DNA of 64,000 nucleotides from Macrostomum lignano. Lineage: Eukaryota. The stretch spans positions 930,001-994,000 of the forward strand of contig NIVC01000010.1 of the NCBI GenBank assembly GCA_002269645.1, given 5' to 3'. Position numbers and translations under genes: made by a program. The notes below the pieces were generated by a model. The model had not been told where the DNA came from. It did no database searches and saw only the letters and a list, made by a program, of their open reading frames with translations. Shown here one piece after another: positions 33,928-46,600 of this stretch (positions are counted from its first letter, which is position 1; each line of letters starts with the position of its first letter).

Positions 33928-36320
33928 CTGCCTTCCATTCTCTACTCTGCCTTCACCTCTCTACTCTGCCTTTCCCTCTCTACTCTGCCTTTCCCTCTCT
34001 CTACTCTGCCTTCTCTACTCTACTCTGCCTTCACCTCTCTACTCTGCCTTCCCCTCTCTACTCTGCCTTCCCCTCTCTACTCTGCCTTCCCCTCTCTACT
34101 CTGCCTTCACCTCTCTACTCTGCCTTTCCTTCTCTCTACTCTGCCTTCCCCTCTCTACTCTGCCTTCCCCTCTCTACTCTGCCTTCTCCTCTCTACTCTG
34201 CCTTCTCTACTCTACTCTGCTCTACTCTACTCTACTCTACTCTACTCTACTCTACTCTACTCTACTCTACTCTACTCTACTCTACTCTACTCTACTCTAG
34301 CCTTCACCTCTCTCTACTCTGCCTTCCCTCTCTACTCTGCCTTCCCCTCTCTACTCTGCCTTCTCCTCTCTACTCTGCCTTCTCTACTCTACTCTGCTCT
34401 ACTCTACTCTACTCTACTCTAGCTTTCACCTCTCTCCACTCTGCCTTCTCCTCTCTACTCTGCCTTCACCTCTCTACTCTGCCTTTCCCTCTCTACTCTG
34501 CCTTCACCTCTCTACTCTACTCTGCTCTACTCTACTCTACTCTACTCTACTCTACTCTACTCTAGCCTTCACCTCTCTCTACTCAGCCTTCCCTCTCTAC
34601 TCTGCCATCTTCTCTTTACTCTGCCTTCACCTCTCTACTCTGCCTTTCCCTCTCTCTACTCTGCCTTCCCCTCTCTACTCTGCCTTCCCCTCTCTACTCT
34701 GCCTTCCCCTCTCTACTCTGCCTTCTCCTCTCTACTCTGCCTTCTCTACTCTACTCTGCTCTACTCTACTCTACTCTACTCTACTCTACTCTACTCTACT
34801 CTACTCTAGCCTTCACCTCTCTCTACTCTGCCTTCCCTCTCTACTCTGCCTTTCCCTCTCTACTCTGTCTTCACCTCTCTACTCTGCCTTTCCCTCTCTA
34901 CTCTGCCTTTCCCTCTCTACTCTGCCTTTCCCTCTCTACTCTGCCTTCCCCTCTCTACTCTGCCTTCCCCTCTCTACTCTGCCTTCTCCTCTCTACTCTG
35001 CCTTCTCTACTCTACTCTGCTCTACTCTACTCTACTCTACTCTACTCTACTCTACTCTACTCTACTCTACTCTACTCTACTCTACTCTACTCTAGCCTTC
35101 ACCTCTCTCTACTCTGCCTTCCCTCTCTACTCTGCCTTCCCCTCTCTACTCTGCCTTCTCCTCTCTACTCTGCCTTCTCTACTCTACTCTGCTCTACTCT
35201 ACTCTACTCTACTCTACTCTACTCTACTCTACTCTACTCTACTCTACTCTACTCTACTCTACTCTACTCTACTCTACTCTACTCTAGCCTTCACCTCTCT
35301 CTACTCTGCCTTCCCTCTCTACTCTGCCTTCCCCTCTCTACTCTGCCTTCTCCTCTCTACTCTGCCTTCTCTACTCTACTCTGCTCTACTCTACTCTACT
35401 CTACTCTAGCTTTCACCTCTCTCCACTCTGCCTTCTCCTCTCTACTCTGCCTTCACCTCTCTACTCTGCCTTTCCCTCTCTACTCTGCCTTCACCTCTCT
35501 ACTCTACTCTGCTCTACTCTACTCTACTCTACTCTACTCTACTCTACTCTAGCCTTCACCTCTCTCTACTCAGCCTTCCCTCTCTACTCTGCCATCTTCT
35601 CTTTACTCTGCCTTCACCTCTCTACTCTGCCTTTCCCTCTCTCTACTCTGCCTTCCCCTCTCTACTCTGCCTTCCCCTCTCTACTCTGCCTTCCCCTCTC
35701 TACTCTGCCTTCTCCTCTCTACTCTGCCTTCTCTACTCTACTCTGCTCTACTCTACTCTACTCTACTCTACTCTACTCTACTCTACTCTACTCTAGCCTT
35801 CACCTCTCTCTACTCTGCCTTCCCTCTCTACTCTGCCTTTCCCTCTCTACTCTGTCTTCACCTCTCTACTCTGCCTTTCCCTCTCTACTCTGCCTTTCCC
35901 TCTCTACTCTGCCTTTCCCTCTCTACTCTGCCTTCCCCTCTCTACTCTGCCTTCCCCTCTCTACTCTGCCTTCTCCTCTCTACTCTGCCTTCTCTACTCT
36001 ACTCTGCTCTACTCTACTCTACTCTACTCTACTCTACTCTACTCTACTCTACTCTACTCTACTCTACTCTACTCTAGCCTTCACCTCTCTCTACTCTGCC
36101 TTCCCTCTCTACTCTGCCTTCCCCTCTCTACTCTGCCTTCTCCTCTCTACTCTGCCTTCTCTACTCTACTCTGCTCTACTCTACTCTACTCTACTCTACT
36201 CTACTCTACTCTACTCTACTCTACTCTACTCTACTCTACTCTACTCTAGCCTTCACCTCTCTCTACTCTGCCTTTCCCTCTCTACTCTGTCTTCACCTCT
36301 CTACTCTGCCTTCCCCTCTC
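33928..36320. repeat. Compound pyrimidine-rich array: about 19-bp ctctactctgccttcccct units plus (CTCTA)n runs, with a 987-bp higher-order duplication
   Basis: Diagnostic variants recur 987 bp apart (tcagcc at 34583/35570, ctgtcttcacc at 34865/35852). Confidence 0.95.
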
Positions 36321-37105
36321 CTGGCCTGGGGGAATGACTTATCAAATCTGGCCTGAAGAAATGACTCATGAAATCTGGCCTGAAGAAATGACTCATGAAA
36401 TCTGGCCTGAAGAAATGACTCATCAAATCTGGCCTGGAGAAATGATTCATCATATCTGGCCTGAAGAAATGACTCATCTAATCTGGCGGGGCGGATGACT
36501 CATCAAATCTGGCCTGAGGGATGACCATCAAATCTGGCCTGGGGATGACCATCAAAACTGGCCTGGGGATGACCATCAAATCTGGCCTGGGGATGACCAT
36601 CAAAACTGGCCTGGGGGATGACCATCAAAACTGGCCTGGGGATGACCATTAAATCTGGCCTGGGGATGACCATTAAATCTGGCCTGGGGATGACCATCAA
36701 AACTGGCCTGGGGATGACCATCAAATCTGGCCTGGGGATGACCATCAAAACTGGCCTGGGGGATGACCATCAAATCTGGCCTGGGGATGACCATTAAATC
36801 TGGCCTGGGGATGACCATCAAATCTGGCCTGGGGATGACCATTAAATCTGGCCTGGGGATGACCATCAAATCTGGCCTGGGGATGACCATCAAAACTGGC
36901 CTGGGGGATGACCATCAAATCTGGCCTGGGGATGACCATCAAATCTGGCCTGGGGATGACCATCAAAACTGGCCTGGGGGATGACCATCAAATCTGGCCT
37001 GGGGATGACCATCAAAACTGGCCTGGGGGATGACCATCAAATCTGGCCTGGGGATGACCATCAAATCTAACCTGGGGATGACCATTAAATCTGGCCTGAA
37101 GAATG
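36321..37105. repeat. Minisatellite, 24-25-bp unit ggggatgaccatcaaatctggcct, with 27-bp edge variants
   Basis: Directly visible. The ORF-track MVIPRPDL peptides are translations of this array. Confidence 0.95.
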
Positions 37106-37735
37106 ACTCTCTAGATCTGGAATGAATCTGACTCATTTAGATCTGACTCATCGGAGCTAACGGGTGCCCTTGCACTGCGGAAGTGAGTGCAAAGCACGAC
37201 AAGTAAGCATTCTCAAGCCAAGAATCCAAGGAAGCGACACTTTTTCTTCAAGCGGTTAGGGATGACTGCGTATATTTACTGGAAAATAAATGCCATGAAT
37301 GTTTTTTATCGAGAGCTGCTGGTGCAGCACTGATAGAATTGATATTAAAACAGAGAGTTTGTGCGGTTGCTTTGATCTATGAACTCCACGAACTTGCAGG
37401 TTATTGAGGAGTTTGCTATACAGTACATGTTCTATATTGTGCGTACACAGTTCATGAGATAAGTCTGTACGCATTTGACAAGCGCGCATAATGTAAGAGA
37501 TCTCTCAGTGCAACCGAAATTGGGACAACTGCCGCTGCCAATAAGCAAATTGTTTTTTGGTTGAGCAAATGTAAACAAATTTTGTTTAGTCGCAGACTCC
37601 ATGCTTTGTGTACAGAGGAAAATACGTCAGAAAACATTCCTGCTTTAAATCTGCATGCTATACAAAGTTAGAGTGGTAAAGTTCTGTGTGCTCCAATTTT
37701 GCCGTAGCTACCTGTTTGGGGGACTGGGCGAGGAC

Positions 37736-39511
37736 TCAGTTATTCCGACCAAAGTCACCTGCCGCGCGGCTCTGAAGTATCAACTGGGGATCCGGCTGTT
37801 GCTGTTGCTGCTGCTGCTGCTGCTGCTGGGACCGCTGCTGCTGCTGCTGAATTGGTGGCGGCGGAGGCTGCTGCTGCGGAACTGAATGTTGGCTAGTCAA
37901 AATCGCCGACTGCGACGACTGAGCATGCTGGCCCGGTATACCACTGCCGATGGGAAGCGGAAGTTCTTTGTCACCGACGATGCCGCTGCCAACTGGAATA
38001 AAGTGCCATGGCGCCGTGCTGTTAGCGTCGTGTCCCGTCACGACGGATAGCGGTTGAGGCTGCTGCTGCGTGTTTTGCTGCTGAGTCTGCTGCTGCTGCT
38101 GCTGCTGCGATTGCGTCTGCGCTTGCTGCTGCTGTCGAGCAAACGACTGCAGCGGCAGAAGTCCCGCAGTTGTTGGCGGCCAGGGTGCTGTTGTTGCAGC
38201 AAGCAGCGGCTGCGACAGCCAGCAGGCGGCCGTCGGCTCAACGAAGCTAAGATGATGATGCTGATTGTATGACTGCTGCGGCTGCTGAGTCTGCTGCGGA
38301 AGTTGTTGCTGCGTTTGCTGTTGCTGTTGCTGCGGCTGCTGCTGCTGCTGATGAGGATCAGCCCAGGCAGCTGCGGCAGCCCAGGCCAAGCCGGGATCAA
38401 AGGCCACCGCTGGTTGCCAGCTGCAGGTGTTTGCCAGCAACGGCAGCGCGCCGCCTGCACCGCCGGCTCCTCCGCTGCCGGCTGTGATAAAAGCTTGCTG
38501 TTGCTGCTGCTGCTGCTGAAGCTGCAGCTGCTGATGCTGAAGCAGAGCCAACTGTTGACGCTGTTGTGGATTGAGCTGCTGCTGGTGCAGCTGACAAGAA
38601 AGTGGCGCCGCCTGCTGCATGAGTAGCAGCGACTGTTGTTGATGTTGCTGCTGCTGCAGTGGTGGCAGCAAGAACTGCTGCGGATGCTGCTGCCCCAATG
38701 TTGGAGGCTGCGCGTTCGACAATACAGCAGCCGATGGTGGCTTCATGGCCTTCACCTCTACAAGCCTGCCAGCTAGTTCTACAAAGTGCACTTGCACCAG
38801 TCGCTGCACAACTCTCTCGTCTTCGAAAGTTACAAAGGCAAAGCCGCGATGCCGCTGACGAGCCGGGTCCGGCATCAGGTTGACGTCCAACACGCGGCCG
38901 TACTGTGAGAACTGAGCTCGCACCAGCTGCGCGTCAGCCTCTGGTGGCACCCCGCCGACGAATACCTTCAAATGACGAGTCAGAGCTGCCCGACTACCCC
39001 GCACTCGAACGTTGCTCTGCTTTACGTCGATGGTCTTGCCGTCGAGACACTGCTGTTCGTCCGGTCCCTGGTGCTGCTGCAAAGCGGCCGCCGCGCACGC
39101 TGGGTCTTTAAACTTCACGAAGCCGAAGCCGCGCGATCTGCCGCTGACGCTGTCCATCATGACTACAGCGCTGTCTAGCTGACCGAATCGAGAAAAATGC
39201 GTCCGCAGGCTGGCCTCGGTGGTTGCCTGGCTGAGCCCGCCAATGAACAGCTTGCCGGGCTCGTTTCCGTCAGCGTCAGGCGCCAGATGATGCTGGATCG
39301 GCATCTGATTAGGCGGATGCTGCGTTGGCAACATCAGACTGCCGCTGTTGCCGTTTCCCTCCCAGCAGGCGGCTGCAGCAGCCATGGCCGCGACTGTTGA
39401 ACTGTTGTTTGTGGCTTCGGCGATACTCGACAGCGCAGCCGAGTTTGCTGACGACGAGCTAGAAGCGGACGACATCGACGAGGATTCCGATGAGGAGCGT
39501 TGCAAGGTCAT
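37736..39511 (-). CDS. Two-RRM RNA-binding protein, DAZAP1/Hrb27C-like (Musashi/hnRNP A/B family), with a poly-Gln C-terminus
   Basis: RRM1 KLFIGGL...RSRGFGFVKFKDPAC, where GFVKFKDP.C is DAZAP1-like. RRM2 KVFVGGV...RHRGFAFVTFEDE. No intron within the RRMs. A possible terminal splice CAG|GTGACT near 37760 could add a last exon. Confidence 0.88.
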   Translation of the reverse strand: MTLQRSSSESSSMSSASSSSSANSAALSSIAEATNNSSTVAAMAAAAACWEGNGNSGSLMLPTQHPPNQMPIQHHLAPDADGNEPGKLFIGGLSQATTEASLRTHFSRFGQLDSAVVMMDSVSGRSRGFGFVKFKDPACAAAALQQHQGPDEQQCLDGKTIDVKQSNVRVRGSRAALTRHLKVFVGGVPPEADAQLVRAQFSQYGRVLDVNLMPDPARQRHRGFAFVTFEDERVVQRLVQVHFVELAGRLVEVKAMKPPSAAVLSNAQPPTLGQQHPQQFLLPPLQQQQHQQQSLLLMQQAAPLSCQLHQQQLNPQQRQQLALLQHQQLQLQQQQQQQQAFITAGSGGAGGAGGALPLLANTCSWQPAVAFDPGLAWAAAAAWADPHQQQQQPQQQQQQTQQQLPQQTQQPQQSYNQHHHLSFVEPTAACWLSQPLLAATTAPWPPTTAGLLPLQSFARQQQQAQTQSQQQQQQQTQQQNTQQQPQPLSVVTGHDANSTAPWHFIPVGSGIVGDKELPLPIGSGIPGQHAQSSQSAILTSQHSVPQQQPPPPPIQQQQQRSQQQQQQQQQQQPDPQLILQSRAAGDFGRNN

Positions 39512-40139
39512 GTCTCGTCGCGTTGTTTTCGATAAAATGTATTACTCGATACTCGATTACTCGATTAGTAGTGCGTGTGGAGCAGAGTTAAATATGGACT
39601 TCTTGTGCTGCTTTTGGCGAGACTTATCTTGTCATCATACGGAGAGATATATTGTGTCGATGTGAGCCGTCCGTCGAGTCGACTAACTTATTCTCCGGTC
39701 CTTTCTTTTTAAACTTTGCCTGGCTGGCAGCATCCGATTCTAATAAATATTACTTTTTTGAACCGATCCGCAGCTTCTATTTCAATGCTTTGGCACTGGC
39801 TTGTGCTCCCAAACCATAGACTAAAGCATATTCGAACAGCAAGGCAACACACTATATTGCATGCATTCTACAATTCTGCACTCGACAAGTACTTAATTAC
39901 GTGTTTATTAGTGTATAGACTGTTTTGTCGCATTTTCATTTCTAAACAATTTTTTTCACACATGCAGTAACCAAATTAATTAGCTATTCAAATAAAACGT
40001 TATATATATTTGCCAGAAATAGTTTACCTACCCTACTTGTTAAAATTATCTTCTGAAACATACGTAGCTACAGCACTGATCGCTCCTTAGATGTACACTC
40101 ATTCATGTATCGATACGTGCTGTACACCATCATCATGCT

Positions 40140-40411
40140 CTTAAAGTTATTCAGGATTCTTCTCTCTTCTCTCCTGTCGATCTCGATCCTGTCTCCTCTC
40201 CTATTTTTTGTCTTCAATTCAAAATCTCGTCTCGTCTCTTATACTTTAATTCCTTCGCCTCCTCTCGATTCTTTCTTCTACATGTATCTCCTCTCTTCTC
40301 TATTAATTCCCTCGATCTCCTCTCTCGATCACCTCCTCGATCTGGCCCGCATTCTGCAGGCGCTATAGGTTTTCGATCAGGCGCGAGGTAAAAAAGTTTT
40401 GCCGGCCCCTG
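40140..40411 (-). mobile_element. Fragment of a hAT-like non-autonomous family with an AG-rich interior (copy 1)
   Basis: The minus strand begins CAGGGGCCGGCAAAACTTTTTTACCTCG and contains gcgggccaga, matching the copy at 47128. Only one end found. Confidence 0.55.
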
Positions 40412-40846
40412 ATTTAGAGGGACATCGATAATGACTTGCCTCGAAATTTTGGCAATCTGTACTATACATGTAGCTCGTATAGCGAGAATTTCTCTTGGCG
40501 ACGGCCCCATCCATGCATGACACCAAAATAGTTTTTTTTTCGAGAAGGTGCAGCATGTGCACGTACAGCTATTGTTAAATATAAGCTGTTGATAACAAAA
40601 TTGCGCTGTAACTGGTCATTTTCATAACAACAGCTCAGGCAGCTTTTATTTCTCCTCTATTTCGCCCTAGCTGAGACCGACCGATTTATACACGAATTAT
40701 GGTCGAGGGCTCTCGCGTGTCCACTACATGGAACTGGCAGGGGCCGAAATTTAGAGTTTACATCATTCTTAACAGGCCCCACTCTGCCTTATAAAACTGT
40801 TTCGGAGGAAAAACTTTCTTCTATTAAGATAAAAAATTACATCAAT

Positions 40847-42841
40847 TGATGAGGACGCGCAGTTTTTTCCAAACCCCGCGCTAGCACATGGGCTCTAAAC
40901 TTACTAGCCTACTGACAGCAGGCTAAGGGCATTTTTATCCTTTTCCTGCGAATAGTCATAGAACCTATACTAGATATAATGTCTGGTCGTACTAGTAGTC
41001 ATAATAACGTAGGCGCAGCTTTTTTGGTCATAGCTCGTAAATCATCGCTTTCGAAGCTGGTCTGACAGCCACCTGCGCCTCACTCAGTGTTGAAGCGGGC
41101 GCCAGATGGTCTGAGAGGATGCGGGTGGTAGCTTTTTTCTCATCATTTTGACAGGCCATCAAGATTTATGAGGTCAGAGTCTATTGTTCGTGTTCACTCA
41201 AGCGTGTGACAGCTTTGACAGCTATGCGTTTTACCCCTAAAAGTACCTTGGGATTAGCGATTAGTGATTTCTCTTCATTATCTTCACTTTCTATTTAATA
41301 AAAGCTTTCTAATGTATATTTTTTCATTAATTTTTGTCAATCCTACGCGAAAAGTCATAAATCATTTTGTTGCGATTTTGATTGATTTATGGCCGCACCT
41401 GTCATCTTTTTACGACCCTGTGGGAACTGATAGGATCTCCCGGTCACGTGATTTTGGGTGGCAACTAGCTCAGCCGATCAGAAAATTCGGCGCTCATTTT
41501 AACAAAACGGCTCATGATCAGCCAATCAGAATTGACGTGTTCCATTATAACAAACTGTGGTCCAGTTGGCGGCTATTTAAACCGGTGTTTTTGGCTCGCT
41601 CGGACCGATTCCTCCTGGGACCTTAGCCTAGCGACATCCCGGAGCGCGACTGTCGTTTCTTGATCCCCGGATTGCGACTTCTCCCATCATCATCAAGGAC
41701 GAGTCCCCCCGGTCATCAGCAGCGAACATCAAGATTAAGAAAATCACCTGCTGCTAGCTATCTGCGAAGATTGTGACATCAGCATCATCCCGGGTCTACA
41801 GCTGCGAAGCACTAAGCCGATTCGGTCACTGTGGATTACCTGATTGGTTGGGTGAGAGAGGCTGCCTGGACTTGCTTGATTGGGTGATTCCTTATCTGTC
41901 CCCTGTTTCAGTAGCTGGATTAGGCGCACACTGCTCATTTTGTTCAGTAGTGCTGTAATCGAGGCAGAAGTCATTCAATAATACTGCTAGTAGTCTAAAA
42001 CTCCAATTCAATCTGAAGTGTGAAGTGATCTAAGGAGAAGGTTAAGTCTGACAGTTATTTTTATCGGTTTTATTTCTTTGTTCGCCGATGGCTCAGATGA
42101 GTAGCTAAGCTAGTAGGCGCCGGTCGCAGTGGACCAATGGCAATTGGCAGTTCTCAGTCGATCAATCTATCAAATCAGTTAGCGAGTTTGCCAAAAGTGC
42201 AGAATCGGCTCCAGAGATGTGCTCTGTGCACTCTAAGGTTAGCCAAGCGGCTCGGGTGATGAATCATGCGGTCTCTGAAGTTCGAGTTAGTCTATCATCA
42301 GCGCTATGAGAGGCTAGTTGGCGCGTTGAAGGCCAAAAGTACAATTCCTCGTATTAATTTACATATGTAGCAATGTAATAGTACATGTAGCTACCCATAG
42401 ACTCGCCACTGCAAGAATCCCCTGCACAAGTCCCCTCTGTACCTGCATGGCCAATGCGATCAAGTCCCAGCAGTGTCCCTTAACATCGGCTATGACTTCG
42501 AGATTGACAGCAAAAAGACACTAGTTGGCATGCTAGCTAAGCCCCCTCTAGTCGGAAGCCCGATTTCGAGAGTCCCGGTGTGGTGAGCCAGGACACACGG
42601 GCTGGTGGCAGCGAGTTAGCTAACCTGCGGGTTAACTAATTTCTACCTTCAAAATTCTCCCTGCTTGTCTCTGATCGCTGTCCCTCTCTTAGCCATAGGA
42701 CCTAGGCGCCTCGCCACACGATCAAGCTACCATGGGGCTGACCATCTGACAGGAGTGGGTACCAGGACTCTAATTGATTTTTTCTGAGACCTGATGCCCG
42801 AAGGCTTCCCCACAAGGGGGCCGAAAGGTCTAAACCCATCA
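40847..42841 (+). mobile_element. Long solo LTR-like element (1995 bp)
   Basis: Inverted termini TGATG...CATCA. 4-bp TSD CAAT at 40843-40846 and 42842-42845. CCAAT boxes and tatttaaa at 41574. No long ORF. Confidence 0.8.
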
Positions 42842-43616
42842 CAATGTCAATGCAGCAGCCTTTTAAAGTACCACCACCACTCCGTGAAGGAAGTACCACC
42901 ATACAAATGTATTGAAAACAGTGATGTGATAAACTAATTGTATATTATTAATTGCGATTTAGCATTTTGGGAACTGGCTATTTGCGACACTGTATTTATA
43001 TTTTCTATCATACCAAATTATAAATTTACTTCACTGAGCAAAATTTCGAAGAAAGAAAGCTTTCGCAGAATGGCACCAATTTAACATAATGCGTCATATT
43101 TAACTTAAACAGGGCCATAGGCCTGCCTGCCTGCCTATATAGTTTCTAGTATGCAATAGGTCAACACCAGTTATTAGGTTAGTTATTATTAATAAGATAG
43201 TAAAAGGATTTATGAAAGTGTAGTGAGGCTGTTAGATTCTATAAAACATTGGTTTTATAGATCTAATTAATAAGCTTAGATCGATCGCGTTTGAATCGGG
43301 TTTATTCATTTATTTTTTTAAAAACCTTGGTCAGGCATAGGCCTTTTCAATGATTAGATGGAAGAATCTGCTATCAGCTGCTATTGCCCATTGTGTTGCA
43401 TTTACAACCCCATTTAAAAATCATTTTAATTCATAGACCAAAGCCTAGATTATAGACAGTCCTAAAACTGAAAGAGTCAAAGTTTTGTGCTTTCTATGCC
43501 TACCTAGGGGGCCTAGTATAGCTTTGATTTGCTAGATTTAAACTCTGAGTCTTGTAAAATCGCATAGCTTGTTAAAAAATTTGAAGTAGGCCTATAAGCC
43601 TGTTATTTTTTTCATA

Positions 43617-46600
43617 ATGTCCTTAAACAAGCCCATTATCCATGAATCTGATACAGAAGAAATTTATGAAGAAAATAAAGACCAAATTCAGGTAATTTCT
43701 ATTTTTTACTTTAGCATTATAACTGTAATATAGAATTAATATGCCTTTTTATATTGAGTCTAAACAAGGTTACTTAATTATATTAAATAAAAATATTGAT
43801 AGGCCTAAGCCAAATTTGATATTTATCACTTAGACTCTTGGTTTGACTTGAGTTTTATAGGTAGGCCCATTTTTAAATATGGAGTAGGCCTACTTATAGG
43901 CACCGCGGCTGTGTCTATAATATTTGAGCTTATAGGCATAGCTATAATCATTAATATAAAATGCGTGTTCTGTAGGGTACTCTCAATCAAATGGTGGCTT
44001 AGTGGATTAAAGGATTGCCTTAAGATTGTGTGTAGCAAGGTTTGAATCCCAAGTGGAATCCCAAGTGGTTGGAGTTTTTTATTTGAATTTTTTTAGCACA
44101 CATAAATTTTTGTTTTGAATTTTTTAGTTTTTTAAATAAATTAAAATAGTTAATTAAATTAAATTTTTAATAAGAGTAGCCTAACATTGAATCTTAAAGT
44201 GCAGCCAATGTGGCAAAGGTGTAAGACCAAGATGGCCACACACCAAGATGGCCACAGCTGGGGTGGGGGTCACGGAAAATGACAGCTGGTTTACTATTGG
44301 ATAGCTTCGGGTGGGGAGATGTGGGGTTGCAATGGGGGGGTTTAGACAGGCAGTCAAAATTTTATTAGTTTATTGCAGGGCTAAAGACAAAAATGGTTAC
44401 GAGTCTTAATTTCCTACTTATAGTAGGCCCCTAAGAGGTGTAAACATATTTCGTATTAAACAAATCTCTTCTTCATATAAAATCTGGTGTAGCTTTTTCC
44501 ATTTCTCTTATTGGTCGAGACTAATTTACTTGTTTAAAGGGATAAAAACTGGGTAAATTTCATGCCCTGTTCAAAATTCATCTGTCTCATTCACTGACAG
44601 CAGTCTAAGCACTTAGATACAAAATGGCAGGCGCATATCCATGTGTAGTCTGTCTGCAGCCAGTTTGCGATGGACAAGAAGCAATTGAGTGTTCTCAATG
44701 CTTGAATTGGCAGCACCGTGCATGTGATAGTCGCGTCACAATCGATCGGTATTCTGCAATGAGAAATGTCGGTGAGTTTTTCTGGCTTTGCAATCAATGC
44801 AATAGACGGGCTCCTGCAGGTAACTTAGCAGTGTCTCAAGCTGCAGATGCTGCAGTGGTACATGTACAAGCCCCGAATTCTGGACCAGCGGCTGTTCCTC
44901 TGCCTGCTGAAAATCCAGAACCAGTGCATTTGATTCCGGCACAAGCAGAAAATTTTCTTTACCAGTATCCAGATTTCAATGACCCTGATCCAGCTCTGGA
45001 AGAATCCATTCAAATTCCTCCAGCAGAGCTTGCACCGCCCCGCAGCCCACCTCCCCAGCCCTTTGAGATTCTTACAGGTGCAGGATGCAGTCACGGAAAA
45101 GACCTTCTAGTGCAGTATGCCCAACGAGACCTTGGCCATCTGATGGATGAAAAAACGCGGCGAAATGGCAACACGTACTATCGCTGCACTAAGCGTTTAT
45201 CACTGCACTGTCATGGCTCTGCAGTCCGCCGTACTGATGGAACCATAGAAGCCCTTGCTCCGCACACGTGCGATCCAGTTGATCGGCCAGCTCAGAAGAG
45301 AAAGGCAGCAAAGGAGGTAAAGGAGGGAGCAAAGCGCATGTTGTTTACCTCTGCTAGAATTATCGCGGAGGAGAAGGTAAGAGAATTTTCACCTGAAGTG
45401 CAGGAGGTGCTTAGTATTGAGTCATTGAGTCGCAATGCTAATTACAGTCGCAAAAAAGATCTCTAAATACATGTACAGACACAAGTCTGATACAAACAGA
45501 AGAGAGAAGAGATCAGATAGGAGAGATTAAAGAGGAGAAAGGAGAGATGAGAAAGCAGAGACGAGAAATGAGACAGTAGAGCTAGAACAGAGGAGAGAGG
45601 AGAGGGAAGAGATTATAGAGACGAGTGGAGAGAGAAGAGAAATATGTGAGAGCAGACATGAGAGACAATGGGAGAGAAGTGGAGTGAAGGAGAAAGGAGA
45701 ATAAAGGGGGAGAATCGAGAGGACAGGAAGAGAGTGGAAGGGAGAGAAGAGAGATGAGAGGAAATAGAAGAATGGAGAAGGGAGAGAGTAGAAAGGAGAA
45801 GAGAGATGGGAGAGCAGGAGAGATGAGAGGGAGGAGAGTAGAGAGGGGAGGTGAAAGAGTAAAGGGGAGAAAGTTGAGAGAAGAGTTGGGAGAGTTGGGA
45901 AAAAAGAGGAGAGATGTTAAAGGAGAGTACAGATGAGAGATGAGAGAGAGGAGATAAGACAGGAAATAAATAATAGGAGAGAGGGTCGAGATGATAGAGG
46001 AGAGAGAATTGAGAATTTCGCACTGACCTACGAGGTGCGAACAAACACGAGAAATCAAACTGAAATGTGCTAATTTTAACAGTCCCAGACTTCCATTGTT
46101 CCTACAAAATTTTAAACAGCGGGGCAGGACCTCCTGCGGGGCAGACCCATAGAAATTTTTCCGGTTTCCAAGATAATATTGACTTATAGGGAATAAACAC
46201 ATACCGTACGAGCTCAAATTTGAGCTCAAAGTTCGAGCTCAAATCCTAGATATTTAAACATCGCCACATGAGAACGGAGTCACAACATAGTTTGAATATG
46301 ATGGAAAGCGCACGTAAATAAGCGAAAAGCGGTATCCAACGGGGTAACACGAGCAATCTTTCAATACGCTAATTGGGAGGGGATTAAGCAATCACGGGCT
46401 GACTTCCATTCTGCCACTCAGCGGGGGTCGAACGGGAGACTAACTCCTAATAAATAAATTTTCTCAGTCCTATAATCTTTAATGACATGACACGGCCTTC
46501 ACACATGGGGCTCCAAGGCCTCCATGCTCCTTCCAGTGATTTTTTTAGAATAGTCTTTGGCTCTTAGCAAAGAGCAAAGAGAGAGCAAAGATGAAAGAGA

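Noticed and set aside
36503-36984. MVIPRPDL / MTIKSGLG repeat ORFs
   Set aside because: Translations of the 24-bp minisatellite in several frames.
37655-39665. Multiple plus-strand Leu/Ala-rich ORFs
   Set aside because: Antisense shadows of the CAG-rich RRM gene.
46400-46450. GTTCGACCCCCGC T-arm-like motif on the minus strand
   Set aside because: No A box or acceptor-stem pairing upstream, so it is not a tRNA.
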